This document shows positions 1-10,692 of a DNA stretch of 64,000 nucleotides, piece after piece. How positions within the stretch are numbered: the first letter of the stretch is position 1; every line of letters starts with the position of its first letter. Location of the stretch: positions 86,261,921 through 86,325,920 of the forward strand of contig NC_092383.1 in NCBI RefSeq assembly GCF_030028105.1. Direction: 5' to 3'. The notes beneath the pieces are model-generated. The model searched no databases and had not been told where the DNA came from. It saw nothing but the letters and a program-made list of their open reading frames with translations. Source of the stretch: Mobula birostris. Its lineage: Eukaryota. The position numbers were made by a program, and so were the translations under genes.

Positions 1-1657
1 AGGGAATAGAATTAGGTACAGTCAAGATAACTAGAGAGAAAGTGCTTGGGAAGCTAAGTGGACTAAGAATAGATAAGTCTCCCAGCCCGGATGAGGTGCA
101 CCCAAGGGTTCTGAAGGAGGTGGCTTTGGAGATTGTGGAAGCATTGGAAATGATCTTTCAGGAATCAATAGACTCTGGCATGGTTCCGGAGAACTGGAAG
201 GTCGCAAATGTAGTTCCGCTATTTAAGAAAGGAAGGAGGCAGCAGAAAGAAAATTACAGACCTATTAGTCTGACATCGGTGGTTGGAAAGATATTGGAGT
301 CAATCCTCAAGGACGAGGTTATGAAATACCTCGAGATGCATGACAAGATAGGCCGAAGCCAGCATGGTTTCATGAAGGGAAGATCCTGCCTTACCAACTT
401 ATTGAAATTTTTTGAGGTAATCTCGAATAAGATTGACAAGGGAGAGGCTGTGGATGTTGTGTATTTGGATTTTCAAAAGGCCTTCCATAAGGTGCCGCAT
501 ATGAGGCTGCTTAATGGATGAGAGCCCATGGAATTATAGGAAAGATATTGAAATGGGTGGAGCATTGGCTGATAGGCAGAAAGCAAAGGGTGGGAATAAA
601 GGGATCCTATTCTGATTGGTTGCCGGTTACTAGTGGTGTTCCGCAGGGGTCGGTGTTGGGGCTGCTTCTTTTTACGATGTATATCGATGATTTGGATTAT
701 GGATTAAATGGTTTTGTGGCCAAGTTTGCGGATGACACCAAGATAGGTGGAGGAGCAGGAAATGTTGAAGAAACGGAAAGGTTGCAGAGAGACTTAGTCA
801 GTTTAAGAGAGTGGGCAAAGAAATGGCAGATGAGATACAACGTTGATAAATGTACGGTTGTACATTTCGAAAGAAGAAATAATCGGGCAGATTATTATTT
901 AGATGGGGAGAAAATTCAAATATCGGAAGTGCAAAGGGACTTGGGGGTCCTCGTGCAGGATACCCTAAAGGTTAACCACCAAGTTGGATTGGCGGTAAGG
1001 AAAGACGAATGCTATGTTGGCCTTCATTTCAAGAGGAATAATGTATAAGAGTAAGGAGGTGTTGATGAGGCTCTATGGGGCATTAGTGAGACCTCATTTG
1101 GAATACTATGTGCAGTTTTGGGCCCCCTATCTTAGAGAGGATGTACTGATGTTGGAGAGAGTTCAGAGAAGATTTACGAGGATGATTCCTGGAATGCAGG
1201 GGCTAACATATGAGGAGCGTCTGTCGGCTCTTGGATTGTATTCATTAGAGTATAGAAGGATGAGAGGGGATCTCATAGAAACGTTTCGAATGTTGAAAGG
1301 GTTGGACAGAGTAGATGTGGAAAGGTTGTTTCCCTTGGTGGGTGAGTCCAGGACAAGCGGCCATAGTCTTAGAATTAGAGGGTACCCAGTTAAAACAGAG
1401 ATGAGGGGAAATTTTTTTAGCCAGGGGGTCGTGGATTTGTGGAATTCGTTGCCACATATGGTTGTGGAGGCCCGATCATTGAGGGTGTTTAAGGAGGAGA
1501 TTGACAGGTATCTAATTAGTCAGGGTATCAAAGGATATGGGGAAAAAGCCGGAAATTGGAATTAGATGGGTGAATAGTTTAGCTCATGGGGGAGCTGTGG
1601 AGCAGACTCAATGGGCCAAATGGCCTACTTCTGCTCCTTTGTCTTGTGATCTTGTGA
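1..1657 (+). mobile_element. CR1-type LINE, 3' part of ORF2 (reverse transcriptase and C-terminal region), relatively young, runs off the left edge
   Basis: Three consecutive ORFs (42-521, 518-1048, 1014-1565) carry YRPISLTS, YLDFQKAF, GVPQGSVLG, FADDTK and RPHLEYYVQFWAP. A short tandem 3' tail (TCTTGTGA)2 ends at ~1657. Confidence 0.95.
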
Positions 1658-1934
1658 AGTGTTGGAGGTGGGTACAAATACACTATTTAAAATACATTTG
1701 GACAAGTTCATGTACAGGAAAGCTTTAGAAGGATGTGGACCAAATACAGGGAAATGGGTGAAACTCAGTAAGACACTGTGGTCGGCATGGACGATTTGGG
1801 CCGAAACACCTGTACCCATAACCTGTAACTCCATGACTCTGCAGCATCCTCTCTAAACTGGATTACACTTCTGAAAGTTTAAATTCAGAATTCAATTTCG
1901 GAGGGAAGGCCTCAAAATCCCCAGCTTTGCCTGC

Positions 1935-2305
1935 TGTTGGCAACCGAGATGGAGGACGAATCGTTCGGATAGAGATGGCGCTCAGTACTCGGTGTCAGAG
2001 AGCTGATCAGAACTCAAAGTTTTCAGATGACTCAGAGTCGGACCGTGGTCGGGTATGGCAGAGAGAGTTTTTCTTCCTTCTCCCTGAGATGTGGGACATT
2101 TGAGAGACTTCGAACTTTTACTGTGCTCATGGACTTCTTCATCAAGTTATGGTATTGTTGCACTGTTGTAACTATATGTTATAATTCTGTGGTTTTGTTA
2201 GTTTTTTTCAGTCTTCGTCTGTCCTGTGTTTTGTGATATCACACCGGAGGAAATATTGTATCATTTCTAAATGACAATAAAAGAGGACTGCATGTCTTCA
2301 TAATC
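1935..2305 (+). mobile_element. Short non-autonomous retroelement or LINE 3'-tail fragment, present in unit A only
   Basis: It ends in AATGACAATAAAAGAGGACTGCATGTCTTCATAATCTAA and is absent from the paralogous intron at ~42.9-43.0 kb. Family not identified. Confidence 0.55.
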
Positions 2306-2959
2306 TAAAAAAAAGTGTGACAGCTTATGGACTCAGCCAATCAGATTACACTTCAATTTCAAAGTTCAAAGTTCAAAGTACATTGATTATCAAAGTATGT
2401 ATACTATATACAACCCCGAGATTCATTTTCCTACAGGCAGCCACAAAACAAAGAAACCAAATAGAACACATTTAGAAAAAAAACTGTCAAATCGTGCAAA
2501 CCATAAAAGTAAGCAAATTACATTCAGAACTGAAATTCGTGAAAATGAGTCACAGACACAAAGCCAGTCATCACTGCAGCCAATTTAGGAGCCCATTAAT
2601 TGAAGGCCACAGCGTCAGTTCAGGACAGAGATATATCAGCCTTGTGGAGCTTAAGTTGAACACTGGCCTATCCCTCACCTATGACAAACATTGCTGTAGT
2701 GTTTTACAAGAGATTTGAGCGTTTATTATCCTGTTCAGAATCATGAAATGCAGCAGCCTTGTTTGTATCTCTAAATCCATTCTTTCTAGTCCTTTCAATA
2801 TTCGATAGGATTCAATGACGTACCCCTTCATCAAAATCAAAGTAAAAATTTGTTATTAGAGTACATACTTCTCACCACATATAACCCTGAGATTCTTTTT
2901 CTGCGGGCATACTTAGCAAACCTACAGAACAGTAACTGTAAACAGGATCAATGGATAAG

Positions 2960-3720
2960 AAACTGTGCAAACTTTGACTTTCACTTTGACTTTATTGTCC
3001 CCAAACTTGGCCACAAGGTCATCAACACTGTCATCCAAATCGTTGACATGAAATGTGAAATGAAGTGGTTCCAACACAGACCACTGTGGAAAACCTTGAG
3101 TCATTGACAGTCAAACAGAAAGGCACCATTTTGTTCACGCTCTTTGCCTCCTGCCAGCCAGCCGATCCTCTTTCCATTCTAGAATCTTTCCAGTACTACT
3201 GTGGTTTCTTCTTCAGCAGCTTCAAGTGTGGCACCTTGTCAAAGGCCTTCTAAAAATCCAAGTAAGCAATATCCACTTTGTCTATCCTGCCTGTAATTTC
3301 CTCAAAGAGTCTTAACTGATTTTTCAGGCTAGATTTCCCCTGTATGAAACCATATTTAATCATGTGCCTTCAAGTAACCCAAAACCTCATCCTTGATAAT
3401 GGACTCCAACATCTTCACAACCACTGAAGTCAGGCTAACTGGTCTTTAGCTCCCTTTCATTTGCCTCCCTCTATTCTTAAAGAGTGGAGGAACATTCCCA
3501 ATTTTTCAGTCCTAGAAAACCATTCCAGAATCCAGTTATTCTTTAAAGATCACTTCTTATGCCTCCACAATCTCTTCAGCTGCCTCCTTCAGAACACTGG
3601 GGTGTAGTCTATCTGGTCCAGGCAACCTATTGACCTTCAGACCTCTCAGTTTTCCAAGCACCTTCTCCTTAGTAGTAGCAACTACACTCACTCCTGCCCC
3701 CTGACATTCTCGAATTTCTT
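2960..3720 (-). mobile_element. Degenerate CR1 RT fragments
   Basis: The reverse strand reads CTTGGATTTTTAGAAGGCCTTTGACAAGGTGCCACAC (DF.KAFDKVP). ORF 2922-3104 contains VNDLDD..VAKFGD. A paralogous insertion lies at ~44040-44420. Confidence 0.8.
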
Positions 3721-4068
3721 TCATACTGCTTGTTCAGAGTCCTTCCTTTTGTTTATATGACAGTGTCACTGTCTCACAACTGGACACCCATTCTCACATC
3801 TTCAATGCAGAAGTCACAAGTATGAATGGAATTCTTTCTTTTTCATGGAGGTGCAAGTCCAACTATGTTTGAGATGCTCCACATCTTCCAGGAGGAAGTG
3901 ACAGACTTAACTGTTTACTGCACTTTATTTCTACCCCATGGAGGCTGCAATGTGTAGCTTCTACAAATGCAAAGACATACCTTACTCTCACTAGAAGTAT
4001 AAGAGCAGCAGTAACAGAGTAACAAAAAGAAATATTTAAATGTATCCTCTCTTGAAAGTAGAACTTAC

Positions 4069-4389
4069 TGGTGCCATTGATTTCTGTCACGTAACTGCAG
4101 ATCTCTCCGTTGTTGAAGACTGTCACTTTAACCATTGCACTGTATTTTACTCCAAGCTTACTCGAGGCTTTGCAGTAATATTGATGGTGCTGCTGGTTGA
4201 AGGATTGACAACATAGAGCCTGTTTATTGGTATCTGAGATCTTTGGATGCCCAGATGAGGTTTGTTCATACCATGTGTACTGAATGGGAAGGGATCCCTG
4301 GAGAGACTCACAGGAAACTGACACTGAGCCCCCAAGACGGGAGACATTTGCTGGTGACAGATATCGAAGCACAGGAACAGACACAGGTT
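4069..4389 (-). CDS. Unit A C2-type Ig exon (321 nt, phase 1-1)
   Basis: Acceptor TTCCTTCCCACAG, donor GTAAGT, open frame: EPVSVPVLRYL...VSCESLQGSLPIQYTWY...QYYCKAS...ICSYVTEINGT. It has the Ig Cys, Trp and YYC motifs. Confidence 0.92.
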
Positions 4390-4440
4390 CTGTGGGAAGG
4401 AATTCAACAATCAGACTCTGAATGAACATCTGAAAATCAA

Positions 4441-4993
4441 ACACTCTTCTGCCACTTTATTAGCTACACCTGTTCATCTGGTCATTAATGCAAATATCAG
4501 ATTAGTCATTTATGTGGCAGCAACACAGTCCATAAAATCATGCAGACATGGTCAAGATGTCTGGTTGCTGTTTAGGCAAAACATCAGAATAGAGAGGAAA
4601 TGTGCTCTTAGTGACTTTGACTGCGGAATAATAGTTGGTGGCAGATGGAGAGGTCTGAGCATCTCAGAAACTGTTGACCTCCTGGGATGTTCAGGCACAA
4701 CTCTCTCCAGAGTTTACACAGAACGGTGCAAAAAAACCAGAAAGTATCCAGTGAGCAGCAATTCTGTGATCAAAAATGCCTTCTTTATGAGAGAGGTCAG
4801 AGGAGAATGGCCGGACTGGTTCAAGCTGACAGAAAGATGACAGGAGTTTAAATAACCATGTGTTATGACGGTGGTGTGCAGAAGAGTATCTGAACCTTGA
4901 AGTGAGTGGGTCAGAGCGGCAGAAGACCATGAATGTACACTCAGTGGCCTATTTATTAGTTATGAAGATACCTAATGAAGTGGCCATTGAGTG
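4441..4993 (+). mobile_element. Internally deleted Tc1/mariner-type DNA transposon in the V-C2 intron of unit A
   Basis: Left end ACACTCTTCTGCCACTTTATTAG, right end TACCTAATGAAGTGGCCATTGAGTG (inverted), and an internal copy of the left end at 4937-4959. ORF 4514-4840 (LSDFDCGIIVGGR..GLSISETVDLLG) resembles the N-terminal HTH of a Tc1 transposase. Confidence 0.85.
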
Positions 4994-5347
4994 CTTAAAG
5001 GCAGCAACTTGTGAGATATCCGTCACATGTTTGGTGGCTTTCATGAGAAAATGACCTGCCGTAGAAAGGGAAATATTTGGCACTGATATTAATGCAATGG
5101 TAGTTAGGGATGGACAGTGTCTGGACAAAGATCTTGTAATCTGTGCAGAGGCTGAGCAGGAGGAGGAGAAGAATGCTGTTCTTCAGACACATCCACGAGA
5201 TGGGCATTTCTCCATTCAACAAGCTTCACCCTGGGATCAGCACATTGTCACTCCCCAGGACATCTAATGCACAGACCCTTCCCGGAGAAAACATGGATGA
5301 GACATTTATTCTACTGAAGGGACAAAGTCAATCACTGAGAAACCTAC

Positions 5348-5668
5348 CTTCATGTACTTCTAGATGTAAATAATATCTCGTATCAAGACCTGGTGTTCTA
5401 ATTCCACAGCTGTACCATCCTGTATCTCCAGAGTGGTGATCATCCACAGTAACAGTAAATATTTTCTGTTCTGGGTTATCTGTGATTGACACTCGTCCAC
5501 TCCGTCTGTGCTGCCCATTTGTTTCCACTAAAACTGAACACAGTGGAGTCCATCCATCACACCAATACTTTTTGTGTGAGCGGTGCTTTTCTTCATAGTG
5601 ACAATCGATTGTGATCGCTCTTCCCAAAACTCCTTTTACATATTTCTCTGCCCACAATGCACCTGAAA
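5348..5668 (-). CDS. Unit A V-type Ig exon, CD300/pIgR-like (321 nt, phase 1-1)
   Basis: Acceptor CCTCCCTCAG, donor GTAGGT, open frame: VSGALWAEK..ITIDCHY..KYWCDGWTPLC..RVSITDN..FTVT..DTGWYSCG. It has the V-set D-x-G-x-Y-x-C motif plus the extra C-C' cysteine pair typical of CD300/pIgR/TREM domains. Confidence 0.95.
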
Positions 5669-6189
5669 CTGAGGGAGGCATTTTCAGTTTTGAGGGGAAA
5701 GGACCAATTAATGCAAACTAATATTTTTGAACATGACGATAAAAAACCCGTCCAGGTCACGTCCAGCAAGTGGCACGTGTTACCACGGCTAATGATTTTG
5801 GTGTGAAGTGCAGTCAGTGCTGTTACTGTGTCAGCTGTGTCAGTGCTCTCTCCCCTGTGTCAGTACATTGTGGGTTCACTTCCCACTCCAGAGCCCTGAG
5901 CAGAAACCCAGGGCTGACCCTCCAGTGCAGTACTGGGGGACAGCGGCAATATTAAACTTTCAATTACCTCCTATCAGCCCTTCAAATGTACACAAAGTTC
6001 CCAAAGGATTAATTTGGAATACTCCCAGATTTTTGTGTGTGTGTGTCTCAGATTCCAGGAAATTGGAACTGGAGGCGGAGCCTAACGGCAACTCCTTTGC
6101 TGACATTTTGGAAACATCTCTATTTCTATCTTTTGATAGCTCTTTTTTCCCTCTCAAGATTCTTCTGTAGTCCCTGACCTGAAGGTTAC

Positions 6190-6845
6190 ACACTCAATTC
6201 AGTTCTTGGTGGAAATGGGACCTGCTTTCGGGGCCTCACGACTGGTCGCTTTTCGATATGCCAAGGATGCAGCCTGGAAGGTCAGCGCGCCTTCAGGGTG
6301 CCGGCTTTTCGTGGCTCTGGAGGCAGGCGGATTCAAGGCTGGTGAGTCGTGGGAGTACACGGAAGATCGTAAGCGGCGAGCTGGCTGCAGGTTGTGTGCC
6401 CAGAGGCCCGAGCCTTTTGGGCACAGGGCTTGGAAAATACAACACAACAGAATTTTAACACCATAAATCAGCAAGTCGCTTTGTTATGCCTCCCTTCTAC
6501 CTGTGAAACAGGGACACCTCTTTTCCCTTATTAGGGAGCGAGAGCGCCTGCGGTATGTTGAATTACCGGGTGAATGAATAGTCTTTGGGGTACTGCAAGT
6601 CTGTGTCTTTATTTATGCTTTGCTGCATGCTTGAGTGCTCAGTGGGTGGGGTGTTGATGCTTTTTTGCTGGTGGGGGAGGGGGGATCATTGCTTTGCTGC
6701 TGCTTATGCGTGAGAGGGGGAGTTGGGGGGTTCTTTGGGGTTCTAACATTTAATTGTCATTCATTCTTTGAGGCATTCCTCTGTTTTTGTGGATGTATGC
6801 TCAGAAAAAGAATTTCAGGATGTACATTAAATGTATCTATTGAAA
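6190..6845 (+). mobile_element. Non-autonomous retroelement-like insertion in the leader-V intron of unit A
   Basis: GC-rich 5' part and a TG-rich 3' part ending in AAAAAGAATTTCAGGATGTAC. It is absent from the paralogous intron of unit B at ~46.7 kb. Family not identified. Confidence 0.55.
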
Positions 6846-7863
6846 CTGATTGAGCTGGAAGTTGGTAGGATCATTTGAGATCATGTTTCAGTCCTCTCCA
6901 TTAGGCTGGTGTCCTGATTTACTCCTCACTTACAGACCAGTTTATAAACTGCAGAAAGAAACCCCTCATGATGTCTAAAACCAGGCCCTCTGGTTCTGAT
7001 GGAAACTTTATATTTTGTACCTATCAAGTATTTCTCTGTGTAATTAGAAGGTGGTGCAATAGTGGTCATTAGTACTTTAGTGTCTAGAAATCCAGGTGCA
7101 ATTTTAATTTCTTTAAGGATACATTAAGAGTTTATGTAGATAATTTATTAATTATTTCTGGATTAAAAACACATATCAATAATGATAATGATCAACTACC
7201 AGACTGTCAAAATCCCATCTGGATCAGAAAGGCCTTTCAGGACAGAAATCTTTCATCCCTACACACCCTGGTTTACCTTTGACTCTAGATCTAGTAATGT
7301 TCTTTACTAATTGCCCCACTGAAATGGTCCAGGAATGACACTGATTTCAAGACAATAATCTCATAGTGATCCCTACATTGTGAAATCAGATTCCAGAAAT
7401 GGCAGACCTGATGTTCTCGCTTAACAGCCACCAGGAGATTTCTCCACCTGGACATATTCTCTCCTGACTGACTCCATACTATTCCCCTTTTCTCCTTATC
7501 TGCTTCACCTCTCTCCCACTTGAAACTCCACACCTTCCCCTCTCCATTCTATTTGCCGACTGTGCTTCACCCCTCCTCAATCCCCTACCACCTAGTGGAC
7601 CCAGTCTCACACCTCCCCCTCTTCTATTTATACTCTATCCCTCTCCACTCACACGTGACGCAGGGTCTCGACCCAAACCGTTGACATTTCCCCTCTCCCT
7701 GAAAGAAGCTGCTTGACCCAGTGAGTTCCTCCAGGAGTGAACTCTGAACTCCAGTTTCTGACATCTTTAGTGTCTACAGGTATTCAAATACTGTTCTGAA
7801 AATGGTGTATGACCCCCAAACCAAAACTGATGATGCAAATGTCCAGCGCAGTTTGTTACTCAC

Positions 7864-7900
7864 CGGGTAGGAAACCAATCAGAAGAACTGAAGTCCACAT
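7864..7900 (-). CDS. Unit A signal-peptide exon (MWTSVLLIGFLP)
   Basis: ATG, 12 mostly hydrophobic codons plus 1 nt, then donor GTGAGT. It joins the V exon in phase to give MWTSVLLIGFLPVSGALW. Three paralogous copies occur in the window. Confidence 0.9.
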
Positions 7901-7968
7901 CTTTTTATTCGCAGAGACCCAGCCAGGACCTATCTGTCCTCAGAGAGAAATAGCTGGGAAATAAAAAT

Positions 7969-8006
7969 GAGGAAGAAAGCAGCAGGGAGTTTGATCAAAA
8001 ACCACA
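7969..8006. promoter_or_regulatory. Candidate proximal promoter of unit A: ETS (GAGGAAG), degenerate second ETS (CAGGGAGT), RUNX (AACCACA)
   Basis: The motifs lie 70-105 nt upstream of the ATG and are positionally conserved in all four units. Function is inferred. Confidence 0.55.
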
Positions 8007-8129
8007 ACTGGAGAGTAGGAAGTGACGATCTTCAAAGCTTTTAGCTATATTTAGCAAGAGAGAAACTTTCAAACAGTTCCCAAGGATTAAATTAAATGCT
8101 GAGAAGAGCTAAAATATCAGGATTAGAAA

Positions 8130-8983
8130 ATATATCAACGGGATGAGTTGCAACATAAAAGGCAGACAAAATTGAAAAGAGTGAATACAGGACTGAAGGT
8201 GTTATATCTGAATGTGCGCAGTATACAAAATGAGGTAGATGATCTTGCAGCACAGTTGAGGATTGGTAGGTGTGATGTTGTAGGCATCACTGAATCATGC
8301 TGAGAAAAGATTCTAGCTGGAAATTGAATGTCCTGGGATACATATTGTATCGAAAAGACAGGCAGGAAGGAAGATGAGGTGGGCTGGCTTTATTGGTAAA
8401 ACATGAAATCAAATCATTAGAAATAGATGACATATGGTCAGGCAGCTTTGAATCATTGTGGGTAGAACTAAGGAACTGCAAAGGTAAAAAGACACTGATG
8501 GGAGTTGTATACAGACACCCAAACAGTAGTAAGGATGTGGTCTGCAAGTTACAACAGGAGATAGAAAATGCATGCCAAAAGGGCAATGTTACAACAGCCA
8601 CAAAATGCTGCAGGAACTCAACAGGCCAGATAGCATCTATGGGCCAAAATGTCGACTGTACTTTTTTCCATAGATGCTGCCTGGCCTGCTGAGTTCCTCC
8701 AGCATTTTGGGTGTGTTGCTCAGACTGCCAGCACCTTCAGGTTTTCTCGTGAATGTTACAACGGTCATGGGAGACTTCAGTGTGCAGGTAGATTGGGAAA
8801 ATCAGGTTGGTGCCGGTTTCCAGGATGGAGAATTTCTGGAGTGCCTATGAGATGTCTTTTTAGAGCAGTTTGTGGCTAAGCTCACTAGGGGATCAGTTAT
8901 TCTGGATTGGGTGTTGTGCAATGAACCTGGATTGATTTGACAGATTAAGGTAAAAGAACCCTAAGAAAAACTAATCATAATAT
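8130..8983 (+). mobile_element. Degenerate CR1 endonuclease-domain fragment
   Basis: ORF 8393 contains ESLWVELRNCKGKKTLMGVVYRHPN, a CR1 APE domain motif. Confidence 0.85.
8597..8720. mobile_element. Hairpin MITE-like element nested in the CR1 fragment
   Basis: Inverted arms CACAAAATGCTGCAGGAACTCAACAGGCCAGATAGCATCTATGG and CCATAGATGCTGCCTGGCCTGCTGAGTTCCTCCAGCATTTTGGGTG. Related copies lie at ~19770, ~37390-37570, ~50030-50420 and ~56770-57090. Confidence 0.75.
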
Positions 8984-10060
8984 TGTGACACCGCCCCTGA
9001 ATTTCTAATGACCAGCACTATTTATTGCTCTTGTGTTCAAATGTTTTTATGGGATTATGGTGGGAAGTTCCAGTTCTTTTATTGTTACATTTTAGCTTGG
9101 ATTATACAGTTATTTGCTTGTGTATTTGTGGGTCACCCTAACTGCAATGGAGGTGTGTGATGGTTACCTCCCCCATCTGTATGAGACTGGTTGGGTTCAC
9201 TCTCCGGGTCATGGTTCCTAGTCTGTTTTGGGTTTATAACAATACAATGGTTGTTGAGTTCAATGAGTTTCCTCGTCTGTCATTGTGGACCAAATGTTCG
9301 CCACATTGGTATCAGGAGTGGGATGCAAAATTGACAATGAGATTGAAGGGCTACGACGTTGTATAGAGTGCCTTAAGACACGCGTAATAAGTCCAGGACC
9401 GAGCAGTATGCCTGCCCCGTACCGAGCTCATGAGATGAGACCCCAGGGAGGACCTGGGAACCGAGCTTCGTGCCTTCCCAGGGAGCCCCGACGGAGAGAG
9501 CGTACCAGTCAACCCAACCTGGCGGACACGGCGGAGCGCAACACCCGCCTCTGTCACGACCCGCACCAGGGAATGCAAGATGTCGTAGCCATGGGAGGAT
9601 GGGCATGAGGCAGATGCTGCTGGAGCAAGAGGAAGACCAAAGGGCCTCAACGATTAGCGCCACAAGATCAACCCTGGAGCTCCCCAGATACAACAGTCCA
9701 GCCGCCCGGAGCAAGTCAAACTTGCCTCATGGCACAACAGGTAGAGCCCGCCGAGGTGGCTGTGCACTTTTCCGTGGTGCTGGAGGGGTAGACCCTGTGA
9801 GCCCTCATCGACCTAACGCTAGACAAGCAGCATGACTACCGGGCCCTTGTATCAGTGCTGGAGCGCTGTTTCGAGCAATGAGGGAAGAACTGTGCCACAG
9901 ACGGTGCAGTACGGAGAAAGCTTGGGGGCCCCTGCAGCAGATCACAGCCACTGTACTCAGCAAGGCTACCGCCAGTTCCCTCCTGCAGCCCAGGAAGAGC
10001 TTGCCCTCTGCACTTTTGTAAACGCCTTCGGCAGCATGTTTGCCCAACATCGGCAGAATC
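8984..10060 (+). mobile_element. Truncated Gypsy-like LTR retrotransposon: 5' LTR, primer-binding site and gag fragment
   Basis: LTR TG...CA at 8984-9305, PBS-like TGGTATCAGGAGTGGGAT at 9307-9324, then a GC-rich frameshifted gag-like region (..PPAAQEELALCTFVNAF..). Confidence 0.75.
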
Positions 10061-10301
10061 ATTGGCTGGGGCAGAGAGGGCAGAAGCAATCTTAGTCCCC
10101 CAGAGACATCCCTTTTGAACAGCGATGAAGAGGTAGGAAATAGGTGTGATGTAGAAGGGGCCTTTCATGGAAACTCAGCATACAGTACTCCACTTCATTC
10201 CCTCTCTAAAGGCTGTGCCCACTCTTTAAAGTAACTTTTAGAGCTCACCTCTTCTGAATTCTTTTCCCTCCGTTGGTGCAATTTCAAGAGCTCTGATGTG
10301 A

Positions 10302-10462
10302 TTTCACTTTGCTTTAGTTAGATGTGAGGGGAAACCTACTGAATGGAATTACACATTCACAATGGGTAAAAGCCACGTCGGAACTGTTCCTAAACCAACT
10401 CGGCTCCACTTTGACAGGAAATGGTCTGTGTAAGTAGACAACCGCTGTAGTTTCTATTTCTC
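10302..10462. promoter_or_regulatory. Candidate interferon-responsive/ETS enhancer upstream of unit A
   Basis: IRF core TTTCACTTT (10302-10310), ETS ACAGGAAATG (10414-10423) and ISRE-consensus AGTTTCTATTTCTC (10449-10462). All three are identical in the paralogous block upstream of unit B. Confidence 0.5.
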
Positions 10463-10692
10463 ATAGAATCATAGGGCAAAGTAAATGGACAGGTCACACT
10501 TGTCTAAGGAGAAGACATTTTTATCTTACCTAATTCACCTCCATATCCTAACTCTGCATACTTTTGCACAGATTCTCAGTTGCTAGCTTCCCAATATTCC
10601 TGTTCACCTGGTTAGATCTTTCAATGTTAGTCAAAGTGTGATCTATCCAGATTCATGCTGTGCGATTCCCTGAGGCAGATGAAGTCTTAGAG

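Noticed and set aside
5310-5347. CTCAGTG just after the V-exon donor, resembling an RSS heptamer (V(D)J rearrangement)
   Set aside because: It lacks the invariant CAC, has no nonamer at 12 or 23 nt spacing, and the V exon ends in a normal splice donor. There is no sign of a rearranging locus.
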